IMG/VR virus record: IMGVR_UViG_3300049811_000251
Location: 1 to 24,359 of that record
Direction: 5' to 3' (one strand)
Length of the DNA: 24,359 bases
Source of the DNA: a virus
A model generated the notes under the pieces. The model was not told where the DNA came from. It did no database searches and saw only the letters and a program-made list of their open reading frames with translations. How positions within the stretch are numbered: position 1 is the stretch's first letter; each line of letters begins with the position of its first letter. This document shows, one piece after another, positions 15,127-24,076 of this stretch. A program made the translations under genes and the position numbers.

Positions 15127-15294
15127 TCAAATGGACAACCCTGAGAGAATGTACAACAGTAAAACTAAAATAAGTACAACACGTACTAACTTGAAAAACT
15201 TTGCACGATACCTAGTATTAAACAAGGTATCAGACGCTAACGCCAATCCATACACTGCTAAAATTACAGCAATTCCACTAAGAACGTCCTGCAT
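15127..15294 (-). CDS. small membrane protein, 55 aa (not in track)
   Basis: Two hydrophobic segments around a basic loop; fills the gap. Confidence 0.6.
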   Translation of the reverse strand: MQDVLSGIAVILAVYGLALASDTLFNTRYRAKFFKLVRVVLILVLLLYILSGLSI

Positions 15295-15556
15295 TCCTAC
15301 TCTCACAAGTTAAACAAGGGAAGATGTAAACTAGACCTCCACAACCCTTACATCTTTTAGCTTTACGAGCCAAACATCTTTCGTCAAAAATATCGGTATT
15401 CTTACATCCTTTAACGTAATTTACTCCCTTTCTACTTATTACCGATACTACTGCCCTAGATACCCCGTACTTTCTAGCTACAGAAGCTTGAGTCACGTTG
15501 CTTTTTAAGTCTTCTACAATCAAAAGTACTAAATTTGGGTCTAGTGCCTTAGCCAT
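15278..15556 (-). CDS. HTH plus Cys4 zinc-finger protein
   Basis: TQASVARKYGVSRAVVS; RCKGCGG...PCLTC. Confidence 0.8.
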   Translation of the reverse strand: MAKALDPNLVLLIVEDLKSNVTQASVARKYGVSRAVVSVISRKGVNYVKGCKNTDIFDERCLARKAKRCKGCGGLVYIFPCLTCESRNAGRS

Positions 15557-15591
15557 GTCCGTTAGCCTTTTGTAAATCCATTCTGTTGGAG

Positions 15592-15664
15592 TAGGGCGGG
15601 AGGGAATTGAACCCCCGACCAGGGCATTATGAGTGCCTCGCTCTAACCTCTGAGCTACCGCCCC
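15592..15664 (-). tRNA. tRNA with CAU anticodon (elongator Met or Ile2)
   Basis: GGGGCGG/CCGCCCT acceptor, anticodon loop CTCATAA; lacks initiator features. Confidence 0.9.
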
Positions 15665-15895
15665 TTAAAGTTCTTTTCCACACACTTCACAAGTGTAATA
15701 ACTAGGATCATAAGATGAACCCATGTTATATCTCTTGTGATTGTGAGGACAAACTGATTGCAAGTCTATTATTTTCTGCCTAATGGTTCTTAGTAAATCT
15801 TCATACAGCGTCTTTGCTAAGTCAATATCCTGATAATACTCAATTAGCATTCCATAAATTTCTTCATCCGTCAGTGGTTTGGGAATAATGCTCAT
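15665..15895 (-). CDS. small zinc-ribbon protein
   Basis: CPH...CEVC. Confidence 0.7.
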   Translation of the reverse strand: MSIIPKPLTDEEIYGMLIEYYQDIDLAKTLYEDLLRTIRQKIIDLQSVCPHNHKRYNMGSSYDPSYYTCEVCGKEL

Positions 15896-16254
15896 TGCTC
15901 AGACGCATTATACAATATTGTTTCTTCCGAGTCAATTTGTTCCCGAAGTTCAAAATACTTTGCGTCCCACTCAAGATTCTTGCTAGTACCTAGAGAACAG
16001 ATACTACAAGTATGTAACGTACAGAGAGGTCTTAGGTACGGCGGAACAACGCAACCCTTTTCTCCCATAAATGGAAGCTTCTCATTACCCGTGGATTCCA
16101 GTTCAACTCCGAACGCCTCTAGTGCGTACTCTTTAACTAAGTGGCAATACTCCTTACTGCAACACGAGTAAGGACGCCTACACTTCCCGCACTCAGGAAG
16201 AGTAAGTTCGTGCATCTCTTCATATAGCTTTTTCAGTTTTTCTGATGCTTCCAT
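15892..16254 (-). CDS. Cys-rich protein (YkgJ/CxxCxxCC-like)
   Basis: CGKC....CC....C; PF....GC......RPLC....C. Confidence 0.7.
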   Translation of the reverse strand: MEASEKLKKLYEEMHELTLPECGKCRRPYSCCSKEYCHLVKEYALEAFGVELESTGNEKLPFMGEKGCVVPPYLRPLCTLHTCSICSLGTSKNLEWDAKYFELREQIDSEETILYNASEQ

Positions 16255-16255
16255 C

Positions 16256-16522
16256 TTAGTTATCCGAGAAGATTGGAGTTGAGTTGTAAACTAAAGAATT
16301 GGCTTCCTCTTCACTGATTGGTATAGCCTCCGCTAGAGTGAAGAAAGCGATAGCACTTTTCATTAAGTCTTTAAGCTCTTCATCTGAAACCACGCAGTCT
16401 TCAAACTGAGCGATTTCGTGATCTCCAATCTTTAGGATGTAGATAGGAGAAGCCTCTTTCATAGGAAGCACGCAAAAAGCCACTGCTTCGTTTTTACTCA
16501 GCAGTTTTCTGATTTTCTTCAT
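16256..16522 (-). CDS. hypothetical protein
   Basis: 88 aa; GGAG SD from palindrome 16531. Confidence 0.65.
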   Translation of the reverse strand: MKKIRKLLSKNEAVAFCVLPMKEASPIYILKIGDHEIAQFEDCVVSDEELKDLMKSAIAFFTLAEAIPISEEEANSLVYNSTPIFSDN

Positions 16523-16826
16523 TTGTGGACTCCAATTGATTGGAGGAGCGTTTTCCTTGCTTCAACTCTTTTTCGATATTTCGTTGAACCATGTTCCCTG
16601 CAATCTTTTGCAGGTTGTGAATCTGAATATCCGACAGCGAAGGGAAGAGTTTCTTGAGGCCAATAGAGACAGCCTTGGCCCTCTTACTTACAGCCGACGC
16701 TGCGTCGGCTTCATCCTTAGTAGTAAAGACTTGAGTGTACTTCTTACTCACAGCCTCCATCAAAGGAAGCTCTTCAATTTTTCCACTATCACTGACGCAG
16801 AATACCTGCATTTCTTGAATTTTCAC
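16494..16826 (-). CDS. hypothetical protein
   Basis: 110 aa in operon. Confidence 0.65.
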   Translation of the reverse strand: MKIQEMQVFCVSDSGKIEELPLMEAVSKKYTQVFTTKDEADAASAVSKRAKAVSIGLKKLFPSLSDIQIHNLQKIAGNMVQRNIEKELKQGKRSSNQLESTNEENQKTAE

Positions 16827-16829
16827 GAA

Positions 16830-17150
16830 TTATTTCTCGCAGTAAGAGTACGTAGTGTCAAGCTCAACCTTGTGAAAATGACGCTTTTCACCCTCTAAGT
16901 TCAAGTATCTCCAGTGATACTGAATTTCTCCCCTGTAATTCACTTTGTCGGGATACATCACCGGAGTCAAAACTCCGCACAACACTCCGTTAGATTTTAC
17001 TAACAAAGAGTGTTCCTTACTAATATCTTTAAGGGTAATGTCCTCTTCCCACCCGTACTCCATGAATATACTGAGGCACTCATTAACTGTGGAAGCCTCA
17101 GCAAGAAACTCCCCTCGAAAATTTTCAATAGTAACCAAGACTTTGGGCAT
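16830..17150 (-). CDS. hypothetical protein
   Basis: 106 aa, AAGGA SD. Confidence 0.7.
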   Translation of the reverse strand: MPKVLVTIENFRGEFLAEASTVNECLSIFMEYGWEEDITLKDISKEHSLLVKSNGVLCGVLTPVMYPDKVNYRGEIQYHWRYLNLEGEKRHFHKVELDTTYSYCEK

Positions 17151-17152
17151 AA

Positions 17153-19654
17153 CTACTTCCTTGTTCCCGAGACACTTTTGATGATACGCAGGAAGAGACG
17201 CTTCATGTCAACCACCAACTTACTCATGTCCGTAAAGTGAAGCACGTTTTCCTTGCCATACATAGCCTCGGAGTTCATCCGGTCTTCAATGGCAATTTGA
17301 ATAACGTGTGTCCCACTCTTGCGGATTTTGGTAACTTCCTTTTTCACCAAAGTCTCGGCGTCGTACTCACCTAAGCACCCGCAGGGTGCTCCATCCGAGA
17401 TAATGATGATAAGCTTGTTTTTCTGTTGAGTTTTTTCCTTGAGGAGCCTGTTAGCTGTTGCTAACGCCATGTAGTCGAAGTTACCATCCATCTTCTCCCC
17501 GTAAGCTCCAATCGAATGGAGTTGAGGATTATCTTTCCCGTGTAGATACTGCATCCTGTTAGTGTCTACGCCGTTCCCATAATCACTGGTGAATGAGTAA
17601 ACTTCCAACTCGATACCTTGGATTTTCTGAACAGCCTCCACCATGCAAATTGCTGCTTTGAGGCAGTTAGAGTCCTTAGTGCTTGAACGCATACTCCCGG
17701 ACTCATCCAAGAGTAAGGCAATGGCAATGCCAGTCTCAACCTTAGTGTAATTACGCTTGAAGATTTTGTCCGTGACCGCTGCTTTTCCGAGCATCTTACG
17801 GTCTAGACGACCTTCGATGAGTTCCCTCTCGGAGAAATCCCGTTTTCCAACACGAATCTGTCGGAAAGCTTGCTGCATTGCAGCAATGTCATTCTTGATG
17901 CTTTGAAGTGCTCGAAGGTACTTCGACTTTCGTTGTTCCGTCACTTGGGGGTGAATTAAGAACGTTCTAGTAGGATTAGACGTACCTTCCGGCTTCCAAT
18001 CCTGAGAGAGTTGCCATCGCTCGTTTTCCATCTGAGCAAGGTTGAAACTTTCTCCAACCGTCAGACAGTTTCGAGTCAAGTCTAGATTATCTACCATGTG
18101 CTTCAAATCTTGGAGGGTGAACCGACCCTCCTTGATTCGTTTCTTGAGAAGCCCCATGAATAGATCATGTTCTTTCTCGATCTTTTCTTCCAAGTTTTTC
18201 AGCTTAGAGTTAGATTCGTGTTCCGACACGTCCGTCTTACTTGCCGCCTTGGTATAGGCGTCAATCAAAGACTTAAGGTTATCCGTGTGTTTCTTTATCG
18301 TCTCAACGTCATCCCTTAGAAGTTCTTCCTCGTTAGCCTTCAAGCGATTCTTCGCAAGCTCCGTGGGGTCCAATTGATTGGAGTCTTTTTGTTCAGTAGT
18401 GGACGGTAGTTCACCAACCCTTTCGGGTGAATCCGTAGCGCTAGGAGAACCCGCCACATCAGGGGAGTTTGTAGCGCTAGAATCCGGGGGTGCGGAACCG
18501 CCCGGTGAACCGCCGGCCCCTGGAATGCCGTTGTCGATCTCCGGTTGACTCGCAGACGCTTCCGAACCATCGTCAGGTGCAGAGATACCCCCACCCGCCC
18601 CAGGCTGCCCAGGGGCGTTTATCGAGGGTGGTTCGTTCGGGGGGGTGGACGGTTGTTCAGTAGTAGGTGAACCACTACGAGAAGATTGGCTGCCACTTTG
18701 ACCTTGTACTCCAGTCGGTCCATTCGATTGGAGTTTTTGTTGTTCCTGCTTTTGTTGTTCTTGCTTCAGTTTTTCCAAGGCCAAAACTTCAGCAGCAGTA
18801 GCAGCCTCGGAGTCCTTCATATCGGCTAGACGCCGCGTCTCGTCTAGTACATAGTACGCAATAGCCAGCCCGAACTTTTCGACTTCCAACTCATCAATGG
18901 GAAGCCTAGGCACAGCTTTGCAGAACTCTTCAAACGGGCAACTACCCGTTAGAGTCTTCCAAGTCTTCATTTCCTCAGTGATTAGGTACGCAGACCTAAT
19001 GTACGCAAAACTGAGGGAAGTAAGCTTGGTGTAATCGGAGCAGGGGACCATCAGGGGGTCTAACGATTCTTGAGACCACCGCTGCAAGATTACCCCAACA
19101 TCATCTTTCTCGAAGAGTTCTCTCTTAGAGATAGTGATGTAATCCTGGAATCCTGGAGAAGTCTTTACAAGTTCTCGCTCGATTCGTTCATCTTCCAACA
19201 AGCCGATGTACAACTTTTCTACGGGAGAGTAGGCTCCATCCTTAAGACGCTTGTAGTGATACCTGGTGTTCAGAATATGGGAAGCTTCGTGTAAGCCTAC
19301 CCCACAGTAAACATCCAGTACCTTATCTTGAGACAGCCGCTCAAAAACGCCAGCGTCTAGGTAAATCTTGGGCTTTTTCCAAACTCCAATGTCGTCAAAC
19401 ATGGCACAACCCATGCCGAACGACTCCAAGTCTGCCAACTCGACAGGACATTCCTTAGGAAGTCCATGCACGAGGAGCAAGTTTCTTACCGTGTCTCTGA
19501 TGGTAAGAAGCTCGTACAGACGGTTTTTGTGGTGACTTTTTCCAGAGTACCCAACCTCCCACTTGCTAGAGTCTTGAATAATCTCCTTATTCAAGACTCT
19601 ATCCAAGCTATCCGAGAGATAGGTAAGGGTTTCTTTGTAATACTGGGAAGACAT
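17153..19654 (-). CDS. CobT/NorD-like vWA protein: HExxH N-domain, disordered linker, vWA domain
   Basis: LHEASH...LEDERIE; GRLDRK; MIDAS DESGSM; ISDGAP. Confidence 0.9.
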   Translation of the reverse strand: MSSQYYKETLTYLSDSLDRVLNKEIIQDSSKWEVGYSGKSHHKNRLYELLTIRDTVRNLLLVHGLPKECPVELADLESFGMGCAMFDDIGVWKKPKIYLDAGVFERLSQDKVLDVYCGVGLHEASHILNTRYHYKRLKDGAYSPVEKLYIGLLEDERIERELVKTSPGFQDYITISKRELFEKDDVGVILQRWSQESLDPLMVPCSDYTKLTSLSFAYIRSAYLITEEMKTWKTLTGSCPFEEFCKAVPRLPIDELEVEKFGLAIAYYVLDETRRLADMKDSEAATAAEVLALEKLKQEQQKQEQQKLQSNGPTGVQGQSGSQSSRSGSPTTEQPSTPPNEPPSINAPGQPGAGGGISAPDDGSEASASQPEIDNGIPGAGGSPGGSAPPDSSATNSPDVAGSPSATDSPERVGELPSTTEQKDSNQLDPTELAKNRLKANEEELLRDDVETIKKHTDNLKSLIDAYTKAASKTDVSEHESNSKLKNLEEKIEKEHDLFMGLLKKRIKEGRFTLQDLKHMVDNLDLTRNCLTVGESFNLAQMENERWQLSQDWKPEGTSNPTRTFLIHPQVTEQRKSKYLRALQSIKNDIAAMQQAFRQIRVGKRDFSERELIEGRLDRKMLGKAAVTDKIFKRNYTKVETGIAIALLLDESGSMRSSTKDSNCLKAAICMVEAVQKIQGIELEVYSFTSDYGNGVDTNRMQYLHGKDNPQLHSIGAYGEKMDGNFDYMALATANRLLKEKTQQKNKLIIIISDGAPCGCLGEYDAETLVKKEVTKIRKSGTHVIQIAIEDRMNSEAMYGKENVLHFTDMSKLVVDMKRLFLRIIKSVSGTRK

Positions 19655-19682
19655 GCTGCACCGTTCGTAAAGCGTTACCCGT

Positions 19683-19711
19683 ATTTTACCAGCACGCTTC
19701 TAGGGTGTCAA
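19683..19711 (-). promoter_or_regulatory. sigma70-type promoter TTGACA-N17-TAAAAT (extended -10)
   Basis: Consensus boxes upstream of the vWA gene. Confidence 0.8.
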
Positions 19712-20535
19712 CGGGCATTTTTGGATTGTGAAAGATACCGTTCAGTATCTTCGAGAAAATGCTGGAACATATCCTTGAGTTCCTTGTTGATTTTCTCCAA
19801 GTCCCTGATCCTTCGATCTTGCTTACTGGTGCGTTCCATCAAGATGTTAAGCTGATTCCAAATCTTGATGGACTCGTCAGAACGTCCATTCGATTGGACA
19901 TTCTGAAGGGGAGTCTCAACCACAACCTGAGGATTTTCTACCTCTGGTGACTCGACCGGAGATTCGAGTTTCTTGAGAACCTTTTGAATCTCAAGATTCA
20001 GAGTCTTACCAGCGTACTTACCAGTCAACTCAAGAAGGAGTGACTTAGTGGCTTGAGACAGATCACTACTCTCGAAGAGATGGATGTGAGGGAAAATCCT
20101 AGAGTAGTAATCTGAGTACTCGTCATTCAGGATGCCAGCGTTCTGTAGAGTAGTGGCAACCTTGAGAATCTTACAGTAAGCACTGTAAGAAAGATCGAGG
20201 TACTCCCCTAAGTATTGAGATTGTCTAATCATCAAAGTTTTCCACGGCTTGGAGTCCGCAACTCGCAAAATCGTGGAAAACTTACTCTGATCCGCAAGAC
20301 TGATAAGCTCTTCCCCGAACTCAGAGGTTTCGACTTCCTCCAGTTCTTCGGAGTCTTCCTTGTAGAAGACACCTTCTTTACTCAGTGCCCCTTTCAGATT
20401 CTTCTCGGAGATAAAGCAATCGAGATACTCGACTGCCCTATCAAGAATTTCCGAATACGTCTTGCGTTCCAGGAGATTCTTGTTGTCCTTGACCCACGTT
20501 TGGAGTTTCAGCAGTTGAACTTTTGTCAGCCTCAT
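19708..20535 (-). CDS. putative HTH / coiled-coil protein
   Basis: N-terminus similar to 20441..20842; C-terminal heptads RIRDLEKINKELKDMF. Confidence 0.75.
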   Translation of the reverse strand: MRLTKVQLLKLQTWVKDNKNLLERKTYSEILDRAVEYLDCFISEKNLKGALSKEGVFYKEDSEELEEVETSEFGEELISLADQSKFSTILRVADSKPWKTLMIRQSQYLGEYLDLSYSAYCKILKVATTLQNAGILNDEYSDYYSRIFPHIHLFESSDLSQATKSLLLELTGKYAGKTLNLEIQKVLKKLESPVESPEVENPQVVVETPLQNVQSNGRSDESIKIWNQLNILMERTSKQDRRIRDLEKINKELKDMFQHFLEDTERYLSQSKNAR

Positions 20536-20842
20536 CGGTCAGTGCCTTAACGATGGAGTATAGAGTAGCAACTTGTTCCTCTAGTTGCTCAATTCGGAAT
20601 TCCAAGGATTCCTTAGAGCCTTTAGTGTAAGACCTTGAATACTTCTCAGATTTGAGAATGATTCCTAGAGTACCTGCCAACTTACTGACATTGTGCTCCG
20701 AGATAGGAAATTTCAGGAAGTCGGAGGCTTCTTTACAAACCTCTTCGACAGTGACTGATCCTTGAATCCGTTCTCGATTGGCTGTAAGGTAGTTAGCCAA
20801 TCCAATCGTTTGGAGTGTGCTAAGTCTGTTTCTGGTAGTCAT
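20441..20842 (-). CDS. putative HTH / coiled-coil protein
   Basis: TVEEVCKEASDFLKFPISEHNV; RIEQLEEQVATL. Confidence 0.75.
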   Translation of the reverse strand: MTTRNRLSTLQTIGLANYLTANRERIQGSVTVEEVCKEASDFLKFPISEHNVSKLAGTLGIILKSEKYSRSYTKGSKESLEFRIEQLEEQVATLYSIVKALTDEADKSSTAETPNVGQGQQESPGTQDVFGNS

Positions 20843-20849
20843 TGGATTC

Positions 20850-22412
20850 CTACGGGTTTTTCTTTTGGATCAACTGGAAGATTTTCGACCGATCCGAAGC
20901 TTCAGCACCATCGTTACTGAAGTGATTGGCAACGCAGAACTTCAACGCATCCTTAATGGAAATGCCGTTGACGATCTGCTTTGCCACGGCAAGAAGCATA
21001 CGAGTACTGACATGCCTCGTAAAGTCGCCTTGCAGCTTCATAGTTCTCTGATCGTTAGCGAAGTCCACCAGCTTGGACGCCACAGCCGTCTTCAACTGGG
21101 GATAACGCCCCATCAGAATCTTCATTTCCGGTTCTTTGGGAGGGAACTCAACGTCGATCACAACGTCGAACCGATCCTCCAGAGCCACGTCTAGAGCTTC
21201 CGTACCAGAGTACTCGGACCCTAGGTTTGCCGTAGCGATGAACGTCGCTCGTTCACCCTTCTTGATGATAGGAGAGGTTTCGGACTCATCAAGAGCCAAG
21301 TAACCTTGCCTATCCAAGAGCGGCAGTAGAATGTTGTACGCAGCCGGCCCTGCTCGGTTGATTTCATCCAGCAGAGCACAACCATTAGCTTGCTGAACAG
21401 TTCTCACGAACCTGGATTCAGCAAACCAAGTACCTTTCTCCTTGTTGAAGTGAGTATTTCCGATAAGACTGGCCCGAGGTTCTGACATGGCTCCGAAGTT
21501 AAAAGCTTCGAGCGTCAGTCCCAAGGTTCTAGCTGCGATGTAAGCCAGTTCAGACTTACCCTGTCCGGCAGGTCCGGTCAGAAGAACGTTTCCGCCTTCC
21601 GCCAAACAGTACAGAATCTGCCGCCAGTTGCTTTCTAGAACGTAGAACTCCGTAATCGCAGGAAGCTTCGCAGTCTTCCACGGAAGAACCGGAGCATGAA
21701 CTGCCGGAGCAGAACTTCCCGAGAGATTCGGAGCAGAGGCTTGAGCAGGCACAGACTCGTCCAGGTTGAAGATTTCTTTCAGCCAAGGGCTGAGAGATTT
21801 CTTTTGAATAAACCCCGGACTAGCCCCACTCAAAATTTCCACTGAGGTAACAGTGGCCCTCTTTTGATACGCAGACGTGAGCCTGTCGAACAGGTAGTTC
21901 ACGTCTAAACATAGTTCTCCGTTTTTCGGAGCATCTTCGATAGCACGAGTGCTACCGAACTTGAGCAGATGGTTAAACTGCTCCACGTCCAGCGGTCCAA
22001 CCTCAGGCGAGAGAAGTGCGTACTTGGGATTGTCCTTGAGGGGAAAATGGAGACCGACACACTGCATGACTGGAACACTCGCATCAGTCCAGTTGATTGG
22101 AGTTTCCAAGTCAAGAAAGACTTCCGTCGAGATCAACTTTTCTCGGAACGGAGTTTTCAGGATTTGAACGTGCTCACACTCCGACCGCCCAACCCTCCCC
22201 AAGGGACAGGTGCAAGAGAACTTGCCTGACGAAGCATCGTGCGTCAAAGAGTAGGAGAGGGACACTTTGTAATCTGAGAGCACCATAATCACGAACTCGT
22301 TGTGACGAGTCTTGAAAATGGAATAATAGCGATCTTTTGGGGAGGGTGGCATCGTACTCTCCGAGGATGTTGGATGTGCCGTCATTTTACCATGACGGCT
22401 AGTTAATCGCAA
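20850..22412 (-). CDS. SWIM-finger fused MoxR-type (CobS/CbbQ-like) AAA+ ATPase
   Basis: CTC...CEH; Walker A GPAGQGKS; Walker B LLDEINR; FIATAN, LEDRF, STRML. Confidence 0.92.
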   Translation of the reverse strand: MRLTSRHGKMTAHPTSSESTMPPSPKDRYYSIFKTRHNEFVIMVLSDYKVSLSYSLTHDASSGKFSCTCPLGRVGRSECEHVQILKTPFREKLISTEVFLDLETPINWTDASVPVMQCVGLHFPLKDNPKYALLSPEVGPLDVEQFNHLLKFGSTRAIEDAPKNGELCLDVNYLFDRLTSAYQKRATVTSVEILSGASPGFIQKKSLSPWLKEIFNLDESVPAQASAPNLSGSSAPAVHAPVLPWKTAKLPAITEFYVLESNWRQILYCLAEGGNVLLTGPAGQGKSELAYIAARTLGLTLEAFNFGAMSEPRASLIGNTHFNKEKGTWFAESRFVRTVQQANGCALLDEINRAGPAAYNILLPLLDRQGYLALDESETSPIIKKGERATFIATANLGSEYSGTEALDVALEDRFDVVIDVEFPPKEPEMKILMGRYPQLKTAVASKLVDFANDQRTMKLQGDFTRHVSTRMLLAVAKQIVNGISIKDALKFCVANHFSNDGAEASDRSKIFQLIQKKNP

Positions 22413-22870
22413 GCAGGTTCCAGGAAAAAAGCAAAAGAATTTTTCCTGATACTAACAGACCAAACTATCTTGAGTAAATTCGGAGGAACTACTTCCTTGG
22501 GAAGTTGAATAGTTACTCCTGTAACTACCTCAGGCATTTCAGAAAAATCCAACTTTACTGGTTCAGGAATCCCCAAAACCGAGACTAACTTCTCGATGGT
22601 TCTTTCATATAGAACCTCCGCTTCGTTCTTAGAGATTCCCGTGGTGAATGGCTCTTTCTTGTTAAGCATCTTAAGATGCTTGCATTTTCGGAACTTGCTG
22701 TAGCCTAGACAGGTGCAACTTGTGCCCGCTGTCATAATGTACATCTCAGTCCTAGTCACTTGCTCAGATTTTTCTAACTTCGAGCAAGTAACGCCGGTCG
22801 CATCTTTCTGAAAAACGTAAACGGGGAATTCAACTAATTGTTCTAGTTCTCTTACAAATTTTGTCTTCAT
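22403..22870 (-). CDS. SWIM zinc-finger protein
   Basis: CTCLGYSKFRKCKH; ATG 22870 with AAGGA SD. Confidence 0.8.
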   Translation of the reverse strand: MKTKFVRELEQLVEFPVYVFQKDATGVTCSKLEKSEQVTRTEMYIMTAGTSCTCLGYSKFRKCKHLKMLNKKEPFTTGISKNEAEVLYERTIEKLVSVLGIPEPVKLDFSEMPEVVTGVTIQLPKEVVPPNLLKIVWSVSIRKNSFAFFLEPACD

Positions 22871-22901
22871 GGGAAAAGTCCTTAAAAGAGAGATTTTTAC
22901 T

Positions 22902-22943
22902 AAAAACAACTCCCCCGAGTCCATTCGATTGGACTCGGGGGAG
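22902..22943 (-). terminator. intrinsic terminator whose hairpin top is the palindrome
   Basis: CUCCCCCGAGUCCA-AUCGAA-UGGACUCGGGGGAG-UUGUUUUU. Confidence 0.75.
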
Positions 22944-22970
22944 CTAGTGTCAATCAGGTGCCTACGAGGC

Positions 22971-24005
22971 TCACGAGGCCGCTGGAACTTCGACAGTCCC
23001 GCTTTGGGCCTCGATCTGTGCCAGAAGCGAAGGGTCCATCTCCTTGACTTCCAGCTTCACCTTGAAGGCCCGTTCGACGCTCTGGATGATGTAATCCAGG
23101 CGAGCCAGGACTCCACCAGCCGAGGCCGAAGCGTTGCCGGCGAGGTACTCCGTGCAGATGGTGTCGAGGAGAGTACCAGGCTCCTGAGACCCCGTGAATT
23201 CCTGAGCCACCTGCATGGCGGAGTTGATATTCTCCGACTGGGCAGGAGTGACTCGGAACTTGAGAGTGGAAAATTCCTCCTTTTCCCCGGCTTCCGCAGG
23301 GGCCGAGGAATCTCCCGAACCCTCATCCGACCCGGCAGCCTTCGTTTCCTTGGGCGGTTTCCCTTCCTTGGAGCGAACGTAGGCTTGAACCTGAGGAACG
23401 CTCATGGACTTGGTAGCGTCCAGAACTTCCAGAACGTTTTCAGGCGTAACGATCCGGGTGAGCTCCTTCGCCTTCGACCATTCCAGGTCTTTCAGGTGAT
23501 CCGCCGAGAGCTTGCACTCCACGACGAACTTCTTGTAGATGCCCTTGAGGTAGTGGGCCATCGACTTTTTCATGTTATGCTCGACGAGGCAGTAGTCCTC
23601 GAACGTAGCATAAGGCATGTTCGTGTTCGGGTTGATCCACTCCTTGTGGTAGCCGTTTTCGGCCACCTCGTAGAGCATCTCACCCGCGACCAGCTTCAGC
23701 CGGTCGTCTGCGGTTGAAACCTTCTTGAGAACTTCCCGAACCGCCTCCCGACGCTCCGTCGGGGTCATACCCGAATGAAGCATATTCGGGACGAAGATGC
23801 TTCCGCCCAGTTCTTCCTGAACCAGGGCGAGGCTCGTACCAGCGACGAACACCGGCTCCTTCGGAGCTTCGGGGGCGTCTTCCTTTTTCTTGCCGCGGCT
23901 GGCCTTCTGGGGGGTCGCGGGGGTTTCGGGGGTGAGGAGTTCTTCAGCCATCTCGTCATTCACTCCAATCAATTGGCGGTCGATTTTCTTCAGAAAGTTC
24001 GCCAA
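22971..24005 (-). CDS. putative DNA-binding protein (DUF3102-like)
   Basis: GEMLYEV....YH...FEDYC...MKKSMAHYL..IY...LEWSKA; start may be ATG 23951. Confidence 0.75.
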   Translation of the reverse strand: MANFLKKIDRQLIGVNDEMAEELLTPETPATPQKASRGKKKEDAPEAPKEPVFVAGTSLALVQEELGGSIFVPNMLHSGMTPTERREAVREVLKKVSTADDRLKLVAGEMLYEVAENGYHKEWINPNTNMPYATFEDYCLVEHNMKKSMAHYLKGIYKKFVVECKLSADHLKDLEWSKAKELTRIVTPENVLEVLDATKSMSVPQVQAYVRSKEGKPPKETKAAGSDEGSGDSSAPAEAGEKEEFSTLKFRVTPAQSENINSAMQVAQEFTGSQEPGTLLDTICTEYLAGNASASAGGVLARLDYIIQSVERAFKVKLEVKEMDPSLLAQIEAQSGTVEVPAAS

Positions 24006-24047
24006 GTTTTCTGAAGGCGGTGGCGAAACATTCGCCGTTGTTCCCGC

Positions 24048-24076
24048 ATTTTACCCAAACGCTTTCCCGAATGCAA
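24048..24076 (-). promoter_or_regulatory. sigma70-type promoter TTGCAT-N17-TAAAAT
   Basis: Palindrome 1 bp upstream of -35. Confidence 0.75.

Noticed and set aside
17153-22412. Cobalamin synthesis (cobS/cobT) assignment
   Set aside because: Only family-level MoxR/vWA similarity; no cobN or other pathway genes in the window.
22948-22953. TTGACA next to the terminator hairpin
   Set aside because: No recognisable -10 at 16-18 bp.
70-23717. Plus-strand ORFs such as 70..624, 1657..2151, 3777..4295 and 22869..23717
   Set aside because: Antisense shadows of minus-strand genes, with no motifs, SD or promoter support.
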